35,678 bases of DNA from Hyphochytrium catenoides (lineage: Eukaryota > Protista > Hyphochytriomycota): positions 1-35,678 of the forward strand of contig FLMG01003683.1 in NCBI GenBank assembly GCA_900088475.1. Direction: 5' to 3'. The notes below the pieces were generated by a model, which had not been told where the DNA came from, made no database searches, and worked only from the letters and a program-made list of their open reading frames with translations. Positions 11,575-23,150 of this stretch are shown in pieces (positions within the stretch are counted from its first letter, which is position 1; each line of letters opens with the position of its first letter). Both the position numbers and the translations under genes were made by a program.

Positions 11575-12672
11575 ATGCGGCAACTGATCTACTGGATCCA
11601 GCCATGCCATCAGTAGCTCTCTGTCAGCCTTCGTCCGATGCCTCTGTCACATCTCGGCGCAATCTCTCCCTTCTCTAGGCGGCGGAAGGTGGTCTTCGCA
11701 GTCTCTATCACCGTGCATGAATGCAGGCAAGTGACCCTCATCTTTCTTTGACGGGACCCATTTTGGGACTAAGAATTGACCTGATCTTACAGCAATCTAG
11801 CAGCTTCTAGTGGAAAAGTCTTTGCGAAATGGAAGCTAGAGGGACAGTCGGGGAAGACCACTAGCACGGCGGTCAAGGGCGGCGTGGCAGTCTGGGAGCA
11901 GCAGTTCGAGCTGGAGAAATGCATCCTTTATGTTAAGGAAGAGAACAACACCATAATCCCACATGTCTTGAAGCTCTCCGTGCGCCAGGTCAGCGGCTAA
12001 ATCAGTACCAGTAGAGTCTGACAAGGCGCAATCTCACGTGGCTTTGATACTTCAGGAGAGACCGTCAGGCTATAAAAAGCTCGGAGTAGTCCGCATCGAC
12101 CTTGGAGAGTATGTTGGCATACGGGAGGTGCGATGTAATATTTGCCTCTTTTCCTTCCTTCACATCTCACCGCTCCCTGCAGAAGACCGGCCGCTATCTC
12201 CTGCAAGACTCAAAGATCAATGCATCACTAACAGTAAGTCTCCTCCTCATTATCGACGAGTATAACGCCAGAACGGGCGGCTGTCTTATACATTATCGCC
12301 GTAGGTGACATTGCAGACTGTTCAGCTTGAGGGCGACCCAATGTTCCGTAGGTAAAGACAGCATCTTATTCATATTTATAACTGGTAGGAGGAATTCCTA
12401 AGACTGGTATGATACATAGAAATAGCGCCGCCAAGTCCGACAACGTCAAAGCCAACCCCAGCTTGGAGCTGCATAAATCCAGCAGCACTGGCTCCTCCTC
12501 TATTGAGAGCCTGAGTGGTGATCCTCCTCCTCCTTCTGCACCAAGCACACCAGTCTCCCGTAGAGCATCAATGGTGATGGTAGAGACTGTCGTATCGTCG
12601 CGGACCAACCCTGTCGATATAGTGGAGAAGGTGATTAGAAGTAGCACACTTACCCATCAACAGGTGGAATGA
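11575..12672 (+). CDS. EEIG1: NT-C2 domain protein, EEIG1/FAM102A-like
   Basis: Seven exons splice to MRQLIYWIQPCHQRRKVVFAVSITVHECSNLAASSGKVFAKWKL...AVWEQQFEL...LKLSVRQERPSGYKKLGVVRIDLGEYVG...RYLLQDSKINASLTVTLQTVQLEGDPMF, then a Ser-rich linker and C-terminal SRTNPVDIVEKVI (compare FAM102A TRVDADDIVEKI). The start codon is less certain. The gene is missed as a unit by the ORF track. Confidence 0.85.
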
Positions 12673-12708
12673 CATCCAATGCGGTAAAAGGACGCACCTA
12701 TAGCTATT

Positions 12709-15167
12709 TTAAAAGGAAAAAACGCCAGAGAAGACTGATTTCCAGCCTTTTCCTTGGCTCGATTTGGCCCCGTCTGAAGCTTCTGACAAGACCTTGGTTG
12801 ATTCGTCGTCCTTCTGTTATGATAAGCTTTAGTTATAAGAAGGAAGGGACACTACGACTACGAGAGATAAGAGCAGATGGGTACCAGCTTACACTTAGAG
12901 CCAGGAAAAGAGCCACATGGAAAGGGTCAAGAAGTTATTCAAGTCGAGTTATGCAGAGAAGCTCTATGTTTGAAACGTTGCCCCTAAATACCTTCTGAGC
13001 ATGTGCGATGGAAGCGCTCTTCCGTACATCTTGCTGAATCCCAGTCACAATGATTGAGACACGGACACGGCCTTGCATGCTCTCATCGTATGTAGACCCA
13101 AAAATAATCTTCGCGTCTTCAGGTATTCCTTTTCTTATTCTTTCCATGATCTCATCCACCTAGTATGTATGAGGGAAATAGGGGTTTGTCAGGTGTGCAC
13201 CAGCTCGATTCACGTTGTCAAAACCCCAAAAGATGATTGGCATGGAGAGGGGGCACCGATTGGTGGACTAGCAAGGAAGGAAACATAGCAAGAACTCCAC
13301 CTTAGAGTGGCGAGTAACGTTACCTCGAATAAAGTGAGATCTGGGCCCCCACAAATAGTCACGAGAAGACCTTTGGCCGACGCCAGCGAAGTTTCCCCCA
13401 AGAGTGGATTAGTAAGTGCATCCTCTGCCGCCTGTCGGGCTCTTTCTGGCCCTTGGCCCTCACCTAGGTTTTGGCGATCAGTCAATCGGCTACTTTCGCT
13501 GTACACATGCAACATACCCGTGCCCATTATAGCTCGCCCGGCCCCTGACATTATGGTCCGAATATCAGCAAAATCCAGATTTATCAGTCCAGGATTAACG
13601 ATGAGACTGGTCACTCCTTTGACACCTTCATATAGAACTGCATCCACACGATGGAAGCTCTCGAGGAGGCTTGTATTCTCTGATGCAACAGCCAGGAGGT
13701 TCTGATTTGGCACTACGATTATGGTGTCCACCATGCTCTCCAACTCTTTGAGGCCATGATTAGCGACTACTTGCCGCCGATTGCCTTCAAATCTAAAAGG
13801 AAGGCTGACTACTGCCACAGTCAAGATGCCAAGCTCTCTGGCAATTTGTGCAATCATAGGGGAGGCCCCAGTTCCAGTACCGCCGCCCAGACCTGCAGCA
13901 GAGGTGCAAAGACCAAGCGCATTAGTACGGATATAGTTTCCGCCTCAACGCCATCCCACCTGCTGTGATGAAAACCATATGACAGTCCTTGATCTTATCA
14001 ATGATAATGTCTCTACACTCTTCGGCTGCGACACGTCCTAGGGAAGCGGACTAGAGTAAGTATGCCAACCGACGAAGTACAAGCGAAACCACATAAAAGA
14101 GCTCGATGAGGAGAAACGAAGAAGATACATTGGAGTGACTACTATAGGGTCAGCTCAAGCTCTGTACAGTAGGCACAGGACAGACCTAGCTCTGGAAGAG
14201 CCCCAGCCCCTAGGCCCCTTCTTTTCTCTGAACCCAAACGGATCTTGTGCTCTGCCAAGGAGTTGGCAATAGACTGGGCATCCGTGTTCGCGACGATAAA
14301 CTCCACTCCTGTCATGACAGAGCAAATGAGGAATGGAGTTAGTGTGACACTCGAAAAAGTAGCGACCAAAGCGGGCGGAGGACAACGCCTGGTCGTTCAG
14401 ACCACCAGATTAGCGATAGAGAGGATAAAAGGGAAGATAGATGAAGCGGTGGCATCTGGCTGGATTATAGGAATATCAGCGGCCCTAGTTTACCTCGAAG
14501 TTGTGCGGCAATCATATTGTTTACAGCATTGCCACCTCCTCCACCGACACCAATAACCGCAATCTTGGGCTTTCCCTCAACAGGCTTGGGAACGAGCTTC
14601 TCTGTAGCACAAGCGTAAGGATTTAGAACTCCTCTCCTCAAAGCAATAGAAGAACTCTACACATCTGGAAGCGAGAAAGAGAGCCAAGTAGACAAAGGAA
14701 GATGATGGCACAATGAAACAACGGACATATTGGACAATAGAAGCAAAGGCATGCCTTTTGTGAGTGTCTCATTCAGCTGAAGCTTCGCACGAGGCCCCTG
14801 TTCGAAGTCCTCCTCTGGAGTTCTTACTGAACCTTCACGGAGCCTATCAACAAGATGAGCGCCGATGAAAGGAATGGGGGACGCAGCGAAAAGATGCCAA
14901 GAAGGATGTGGGTGGCCGAGGAAGCAACGTTAGTACGGCATGAAGGGAGTAACGGCAAAGAACGGAGCCTCACTTTCGCAGCCTGCTGCTATGCGATGAA
15001 GTTTTTTGATGTAAAACAGGTGGCGCTCTGGATGCTTCTGTCGTCCTCACCGACTCTGCTTGGGTAGAGAAGCAAACAGCGAAGCGGACAACGGGTTGCC
15101 TTGAGTGTCCACCTTTTTCAACAACCGCCAGGGCTACGTTGGAAGAGAAACGTGCCACGCGATTCAT
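12709..15167 (-). CDS. ftsZ: Nucleus-encoded FtsZ, alphaproteobacterial type, probably mitochondrial (short C-terminus)
   Basis: Nine exons: 15167-14974, 14843-14755 (donor uncertain), 14601-14494, 14308-14186, 14037-13960, 13892-13518, 13463-13324, 13159-12992, 12813-12709. Motifs [88 protein letters not shown]. The N-terminus MNRVARFSS...VRFAVCFST is Arg/Ser-rich and acid-poor, like a mitochondrial presequence. Confidence 0.95.
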
Positions 15168-16026
15168 TATTGGCAGGTCGGGGATGATAAAAAGTGGGTC
15201 TGCTGAGAAGAGAAAGGCTCAATTAGCATCGATCAAGGGCGGGTGCTCTTTTTGATGCCAGGAAGCTATGTCTGGAACGCTCTCCCGCTTTCTCTTTTTC
15301 TCCTTAACTCCGGGGCACCGGCCCTATCAAGCTCCAAGAGATCTTAGTGGACTCGACGGAGGTCGTTGCTCTATTGACAGGCCCAATGAAGCGGATGCCA
15401 CGATCTACTATGCAAGCTCTGGCGGTGGAGCGGGGCAGGGAAGGGCAGAAGGCACATAAATCTGATCCTGGAGACCGCGGCGGTCGGCGGCCGTTTGTGA
15501 TGACAGATGTGTGCAGCCTTATGTCTCTTTTCGTTCTGCCTAAATATCTCAGATGAACTCTTTCTTGATGTTGAACACTAATCGTTACTGAGAGAGGTAC
15601 CTCTCCATCACTCTGTCACTCTTCCTTACCACTCTGTCTAGCGCCCTTTCTGCTCTGTTTTGGATTTATGCCGTGACAAACTCGTTGCTTGTTCTGATGG
15701 GCCGCCCCGTCCTCCTGTCCGGGGGGAGCTCTGGGACAATGTACCAGGGGGAGCACTGAAGGGGCCGTCATTGGATTATGAGGATATAGTGAAGCTTTCT
15801 TTTATTAGAAACTATGGCAGTCGAGCTTCATGCAGATCGCGGTGTGGCCTCTAGTTCAGGGCTGTTTGCCACCTGCTTGACCAACGCGTGTAGCTTCTCG
15901 GTTAGGTCTTCACGAGTGAGGCCAGATACCAGGACTAAGTGTTTGAGGCGGTAGTTAGTTAATCAAAGCAGTGTATTGAGCAGCCTGGTTCCTGCGCTTA
16001 CGTGAGCACCTAGGACAGGAAGAATC

Positions 16027-16970
16027 ATGTCCAAGCAGCCAGTGCGAAATGTATTGTTCGATAGTGGTCAGGGACATAACCGTGGGCAAGATCTAGGCCG
16101 CCAGAACTATCCTCCTACAGCCATTCCTGTCTCTGGGGCACCATTTGCCAACACAGCTGGCGGGCCATGGTTCACCGGCTCGCAAGCTTCTCAACCAGGA
16201 GGAATGGGTTTCGGAGGACCAATTGGGGGTGCCCCGTCGGGAAATTACAGCGGACCAATTGGTGGCGGAGGATATGACTATGAAGACTATGACAATGAGC
16301 CTCCACTTCTTGAAGGTAAGCTACGCTCTGACTAGGCAACCGGGTTTAGATACCGCTGAAACCGGAACCTGTGCCTGTCACAGAGCTCGGGATCAACTTC
16401 AATCACATCTGGCTAAAGACCAAGTCCGTCATTAACCCCACGAGAGCTATAGAAACCAGCATAGTAGACGAAGCTGACTTGGCCGGTCCTCTGGTCTATT
16501 GCATGCTGCTGGGCGTCTGCCTCCTCTTTGTAAGGAAACACGCCCGTTCAAGGGCCTTTGTTCCCACTTTCTTGACTTCTTAACACAGGCAACTCACTAA
16601 CTCTTCCCTGCTCCAGGCGGCAAAGGTCCACTTTGGCTACATTTATGGGTTCGGCGTCTTCGGATGCTTCCTTCTGTACCTCCTGATCAACCTGATGAGC
16701 CCTTCCCACAGCATTGATGTCTACAGAGTTGGCAGCATCTTCGGCTATTGCCTGCTGCCTGTGGTTGGCCTTGCAGCTGTGAACATCGTGCTTCCCATTA
16801 GCAGTCAGGGTGTTTTCGGCTTCATCCTCTCTGGGATATCAGTGCTCTGGAGCACGGTAACAGCCACTCGCTTCTTCGAGAAAGTGCTGAATATGCGAGA
16901 GCAGCGCTACCTTCTTGCCTACCCCATAGGTCTCTTTTACACCGTCTTTGCGCTTATCTCTGTCTTCTAG
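16027..16970 (+). CDS. YIP1: Yip1-domain Golgi/ER membrane protein (YIP1/YIPF5 orthologue)
   Basis: Exons 16027-16315, 16384-16529 and 16617-16970. Motifs EPPLLEELGINFNHIWLKT, DLAGPL, KVHFGYIYG, SIFGYCLLP, QRYLLAYPIGLFYTVFALISVF. Confidence 0.97.
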
Positions 16971-17459
16971 CATCACTATCGCTGTTCATAGTCTCTCTTT
17001 GGCTCTTTCTCTCTTGCCTTGTACTTGAGTCACGAAACTGCGAGTAAAAGTCCCAGGGAATCACCCTCAATAAAGTCCTTAGCGGGCACGGCGGCGAGAA
17101 GTATTATCTGATCTATTGCAGGCGCCCTGGCCCTGAAGGAAGGGAGCTGCCTTTGCCTCCGAGTGGGGAACGGAAGAGAGAGAGAGAGATACAGAGAGAA
17201 ACATTCCTCCTTTACCAGCGTTACGCAAAATATAAAGTTTATAGTACAAAGCTAGAGTGCCTAACATCTATGACTTAGCTAAGACGACAGAGCCACAAGC
17301 TGACTGAGCCTTTGGATGACGAGGGGAGGAGAAAGAGAGAGAGGGGGGAGGGAGCGGTGAAGTCCCAATAGGTGTTCCTTCAAGTCTACGCCCCACTAGC
17401 TCTTTTTGCCGCCGCGCATTTGCCAGCTTCCTTGCGTCCTCCATCTTCCTCAATCTTCC

Positions 17460-20400
17460 TTATTTTACTTTTGCCAGCAGAGGAGCCCTGGCCATTCCAC
17501 TAAGAGAAAAGACGACCAATTCGTCTCTAAAAGTGCCTGTTGAGGGGCTCTGACAGGTAATAGGCAGAAGCACAAAGGATCGACTTCTCAGCCGAAAAGA
17601 TCTGTGGCGACAGTGAAACGGGGAGGAGAGCGGCTGTACAAAGACTGTCATGTCCTTCCAGGAGCGGTTGCAAACCTCCACTTTCTGTGTGGAGGTGTCC
17701 CCTCGTCTACAATGCTCTAAGATAACCTTGTCCGCCCTTAGAAAGAGAGGCATCTTCGCTTTTGTTGACGTGGTCTGTGGTACATCTTGAACTTTCTTGC
17801 AGTGCACTTTAGCCACCGCTTCCACTGTTTGAAGGTTATTGACCACGATGGAAGGGATGAAGATAGATAAACGGAAAGGATGCGCATGCCCTGCAATCTC
17901 TACGCATAGCTCTCCGCTCCAAGATGAGTCAGGAGAGACTTCACGGACATGAGGCCGAGCGATAGCCCACACCAGCACGCGGGCGTCGTCTTCGGGTTCT
18001 ATGACTCCACTCTGGGGCCGTACCTCCACGTGCTCAAATGGGTTCAGGAGCTTGTAGCCAACAGCCGCCGGAGAGTTGTTTCGAAGCAAGAGGGAGGAGA
18101 CAGCTTGTTGACTTAGGAGAGAGAACGAAAGTCCTCCATCCTCGAACAGCTCCTTTTTCTCGGCCTCCTTCGAAGGTAGCCTAATAGGAAGACTAGGACA
18201 CGGTCCTAACGCAATAGTCCTTGGATACAGCTCGAACACCGCTTTTCTCTTCGGGGAAGCCTGAGAGCCAACAGCGTCAGCTTCAGGGAAGGTGCTAGAG
18301 ATAACTTTGGAGCCTTCGGCTGAAGCCCTTGGCCACGTCTCATCACGCATCCGTTGAGAATGTGAGTCAGCTTGAGGTCCTCTCCTTTCTCCCGTACGTT
18401 GAATCTTCTGCCATAATTGCTTCTTGCTTCGCGCAGCAGACTCATTACTCTGCATTTCCTCTTGCACAGCAGAACCGGCCACCTTGTCCTGATCATCTAT
18501 TGCTTCTGGATGGCAGATCTGTTTCTGCTCAGGTTGTTCGGATTCTCCTATGTCTGAGGGCTTGAACAAAGGCCCGACCTTCCGCGCCAGATCCTCTCTC
18601 TTGTGTGCCACGACCTCTAACGTGAAGCAGAGGTCCTCACCCCAGTCACCCGTCAAAGAAAGAGAAGTACGGGGATCTAGCTGCCGATTACTCTTTATCA
18701 ACTCTCTAAACCTGAGCTGAGTCTGGAGAAAAATGAAGTCGTCTTCTTGCTCCTTCCCCTTCACTTCCGCTGTCCTGCACGCTCCTGGGTCAATCACAAG
18801 AGAGCACCTTCTCAGAGCTCCAGGCTCTAGCACCAAACCTTCGAGTCGACAGTGCACTGAAGTAGACATAAGGGGCAAGCCTCTCACAGCGCGTTCCCCG
18901 CCATTTGTGGCGACAAACTCAAGCTGTTTCCTAGCCAGATCGGTAAGTTCGCCAAAGTCCAACCTCACCGTCCGTGGTCCTGCTTCCGAGACCGTCACTT
19001 TCTCCTTGATAGCACGAAATGAGGACATGATTAGGTGCACACTCGCACGACCTCCAAAGCCTATGACCTCAACCTGTAAGGCAGGTTAAGGTCAGGATGA
19101 TGCATCAAAACTTTGGCGACTTTCACCGCTCAAAGGACGACTAGATAAGTGAGACGCAACCTCTCAAGCTTTTGAGTCGTCTGCCTCAAAGTCCTCAACC
19201 CTTCGGAGACACACCTATAACTCCTTACATGTGCACCCGCCTCAGCCCTGAACCCCCTCATTCTCTTTGTAGAGCCCTGATTTTGACGCTTAGACCTAGA
19301 TCCCTGCTAAAGAGCGACTATTCAAAGGCCCAGGCAGTGCAGGGGTTGAGGATCTAGGTCTCTATCTCACTAGGAAAGAGACAAGTCCCAGCTCTCTTTC
19401 CCCTTATAACGTCTGATAATGGTCTCTCTTGCAGCAGATACACACTTCTATCACTAATGGAAGCTAGCTCCCTGCTCTCACCTCCTTTGATTGTTCGGGT
19501 CCACTTCCAAAAGGGTGATCTTCCGCAGCACTTATCTTCAATCTTGCAATGACTTGGTCCACTTCCGTCAACGATACGGAGAGCTTTCCTATGAGCTCCT
19601 GACCAGGCTGCAAAAGCACGGGATTGTCTGGAACGGCGATTGAGAGAGGGCTATAGTTCCCCTCTCGGTCGCTCTTTTCCCTTTCTACTCGCACACGACA
19701 TGGAGAGTTGCCAGCATTGAGAACCTTCAGGTTGAACAAGTTATTCTCTCTCAAAGGAAGGGTGCTTAGGTTTAAGACGTCGATAGTATGGAGGAGCCCA
19801 GAAAGGCGAGGAAGATGGGTGACTGTTCTCTCCAGCAATATCGGAAGCTCCACGTGCTCCTCCTCATGCTGCAAAATGAGATAGAGAGAAGCCTCTCTAG
19901 GGAGTGCTGCAGCAGGGCAAGCCCTAAAAACTAACGCAAGCGTCCTCTGCCCTTCCGTAGGAATGGTAAGAAGAGAAGGAAGGAGGAGACGGACACCGCC
20001 TACAGCATCAGAACTTGTCCTTATTTCTAGAGTTAAGTCCTCAGAGCTACCGTTGGCGAGAGAGAGAGCAAAGGTGCTTTCATACAAATTGGAGATCCCA
20101 CACCGAAGAGGAACGCTGTCCCTCTGTACCCTTAGATATCGCAGCTTTCCCCGTCCTTGCATCAGAGACTGTGGAGTCCCGAACACGGAAGATACCGAGA
20201 GGAGGGGTACCCAGGAGTCTTTGTCTTCCTCTACGTCAGAGACTATAAAGCTGCTGCTATGCGGAGTTATTGACCCTTTCAGCTGCTGAAGGCGCACTCG
20301 CTCTACCTCTAGGACGAGGTTCTCAAGTGGACTTGTCCCAGGCAGCCGACCGTCTGATTTCGAGCTCTCTTCGGTCCTCGCTCTGAAGTTGCTCGCCACC

Positions 20401-21491
20401 TGTCTTGCTGCAACTCTCTTCAGCGTAGTCTCTATCTTTTCCGGGTTGAGAGGCGGCTGCTCACTCTGGCCTAGATCTATGGAGAAGTGCTGCCGATAGG
20501 TCGGAAGAGACGAGTGGTACTTCTCTTGCAGGCGGGAGAGCGTCTGAGGGTGCAGCTGACCGTTCCTGAAGCACAAAGGTGACAGAGGACGCGGCACTGT
20601 AACTCTGGCCCCCGACGAAGAGTTCAAAGTTGAAGAGAGACGGCGGCTAGCGGTCTCCCTCTCTTCCCTCTGAGTAAGTTCGTCCACAACTCTGTCTTGG
20701 TCAGCCTCTGCATCACCAGCAGAGAGAGGTAAGGCGCTCTCTTTCGGAAGAAAGAGCGAGACCGCAGATCGAGCCTTGAAGAAAGTCCCAGGACTTTGGC
20801 CTAAGATCTTCTGCCCTTCACTTGGCTCTGGTGGCGACGTGATGAAGCTTTCGTTCTCCCTCTCTGCCGTTCCTCTATCCTCTAGAAGAGAAAAGTTGAA
20901 CTTCTCTTCTTGAAGATTCTCTATCACGTCACGCGCACTAACAAAGGTATCCGCCACTTCTTCTGGTCTCAATCGCTCCGAATGTTTCCATCTTTCCCTC
21001 TCTAGATCTTCAGAGAAGTGTATCTCCCCACTCGCGGGTTCTCTGTCTTCCAGCTCTTCCGCCCACGGTACAGGGCTCTCCCTCTGGTGTGTCGGGGTGA
21101 GAGCTACAGAAGAGGAGCCCTGCAGCTCTTGAGGTTGCGAAATCCACGCAAAGTCATCCTGAAGGGGTTCCAGCTGGCTTTCGCCCTCACTCTTCTGAGG
21201 ATCAAAGGCAAAGTCTAAGGTCGAGAGGTTGAGCAGATCTGACTGCGAGTGGTCTCCCGCCGCTTGCTGCACAGCCATATCGAAGAGCTCCATAGAGCTG
21301 TGCCGGCTTCCTTCAGGGTGCAGGCCAGGCGACTGGGAATGGGCAGCCAGGAGTTCTTTCCGTCTATCCATATAGTGCCGCCAGAGGGCTGAAGTGCTCC
21401 CCATGGTCTGCGTCAGGCCCTGAGGCGCCTCGGCATCATTGTCTGCAGTCTGTGTGAGGTCTAAGCGGCTGTTCTCACCCGCCCCCGCCAT
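17460..21491 (-). CDS. CEP192: CEP192/SPD-2-like centrosomal protein (~1200 aa): disordered acidic N-terminus plus tandem ASH/PapD-like Ig domains
   Basis: Exons 21491-19482 and 19073-17460 join in phase 0 (GAG|GTGAGA...TTACAG|GTT), giving SKEVEVIGFGGRASVHL (CEP192 GYGGxS motif). Repeated L.l.N motifs (LSLANGS, LKVLNAGNSP, LLLRNNS...VEVRPQSGVIEP). The last domain KVEVCNRS...SPFHCRHRSFRLRSRSFVLLPITCQSPSTGTFRDELVV resembles the CEP192 terminal domain (KVNLRNNS...PFYVKHSKYSLRAQHYINMPVQFKPKSAGKFEALLVI, recalled). Confidence 0.75.
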
Positions 21492-22430
21492 TATAAAGTG
21501 CTACCTCTGCTTTTCGGCAACAGGGACATTGGTGAGTGGGCGACTGCACAACTTGACCTTAGCAAAGCTCATAGTGAATGGCTCATCATTTTGTGGCTCT
21601 CTTCGTATGGCACTATTTACCTGGTCCACGTTTGCGCCGCCCAGCCCAAACTGCATAGGCCGGACCCTGAGGATAGTACACGGTCTATAGGCTCTGTGCT
21701 GCATAGAACAAGCAAGATGGGCGGGATGCACTTGCCACTCCTTTCCAATGCTTGGACGTATAATGACTGCTATGTCTCTCCCCCACCCTTCCCGAAGAAG
21801 AAGAAACACTAGCGCGCGGTGCCAAGGAAGGGGAACTCCTTTCTCCACCTAGAGACTGTAGATCGGGAAGAGCCAATGCAGAGACTGCTCGTTGGGCCCG
21901 AGCCGCTAAGGAATCAGCCGCGCAGACAGAGTTCAGAGATTGAGAAAGCCCTTTTTGAATCTTCGTATTCCCTTGTCTCTGTCTACATAGTAGCTGAGCC
22001 TACCATGCGGCTGGTTGGGCTACCTGATTAGGTCGCATTTTGGCCGATGACTAACTAATATACTGAGGTCTTTTTAACTCCCACATGAACGGATATAATT
22101 CCTAGGATTGTCGTATAAGTCCATCTCTTGTTGCTCTTTCTTGTCTGTGGAGACTGAGATCCCGTTCAGGAGCCGATGAAGCTTCAGAAGCTTTCTTAGA
22201 CATTTGCAGAGCTTTGAAGAGACGAGTTATAGAGAAGAAAGGGGAGAAAGAGAAGAAGCTTTCCTCTGCTTGCTTCCTTTGCAGTCAGTGTGGGTCACTT
22301 ACGTCTCCGCTGGGCCAGGGAGACGGCTGCGCTCCTCCTGTCTGCTCTCTCTCCTCAGACTTGATCTCCTTCTGGATACGCTCAATAGATGATTGGCACC
22401 TCCTGAGCCGGGGCAGGAGGTGCAGAGAGC

Positions 22431-23113
22431 ATGCTGAAGGTAACAGCGAAGTTCTGTCTTGCTCTTTCTTTCTCTACTATTTTTGACTGGCTTACCGCTC
22501 CTCTTGTCCTTCGCTGTCAGTGGTATAAGTCTTCTCGTGTCTTCCATCTCACCGTTCTTTTCTTTCTTGCAGCCCGGAGAGGTAATAGAGAAGCGATGGA
22601 GAGTGCTGGAGAAGATTGGGGAGGTAAGCAGGCTGGACACAAGCCTCTCGTATTGTTCAGACTATGTGCTAACTGATGTCGGCCTGGTTGTAGGGCACCT
22701 TCAGCGAGATCTATGCGGCGAGAGATGCGGTGCTTAATCAGCGAGTCGCTGTTAAAATCGAGTCAAAAAGTAAGAGACTGAATAGCCTGTTAAGACTTTA
22801 GAGAGCTCTTGCTACTCTATGTCTGCTACCTTCCGTTGACGTGCTATCCTGCCCCTCACCGTTGCTCTCAGGCCTGCCGGGCTTAAAGCAGGTGCTAGAA
22901 TGGGAGAGCAACATCATTGTCAAGCTGCAGCACTTGCCCCACATCTGCAAGCATTACTGGTTCGGGTAAGCGCCGCGGCTGACGGTAGTGCAAATGTATA
23001 TGTATATATATATATATAGAGAGAGAGAACAGTCCACAAGAGCGGAAGCACGGAGACGTACTCCGGACGGGTGAGAGAGTGTGAGAGAGTGAGGGACAGA
23101 GAGAGAAAAAAAA

Positions 23114-23150
<37 letters not shown>

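Noticed and set aside
13210-13857. ftsZ as bacterial contamination or a recent horizontal transfer
   Set aside because: The gene has eight spliceosomal introns, a presequence-like N-terminus and eukaryotic neighbours, with no ftsA/ftsQ operon context.
15200-16020. Small gene between ftsZ and YIP1
   Set aside because: Only short ORFs with no recognisable motif. The length fits a divergent promoter plus 5' UTRs, though a small spliced gene cannot be excluded.
19464-21491. Treating ORFs 19464-21491 and 17460-19040 as two separate genes
   Set aside because: A consensus phase-0 intron (19481-19074) joins them and restores the GFGG motif in a continuous domain.
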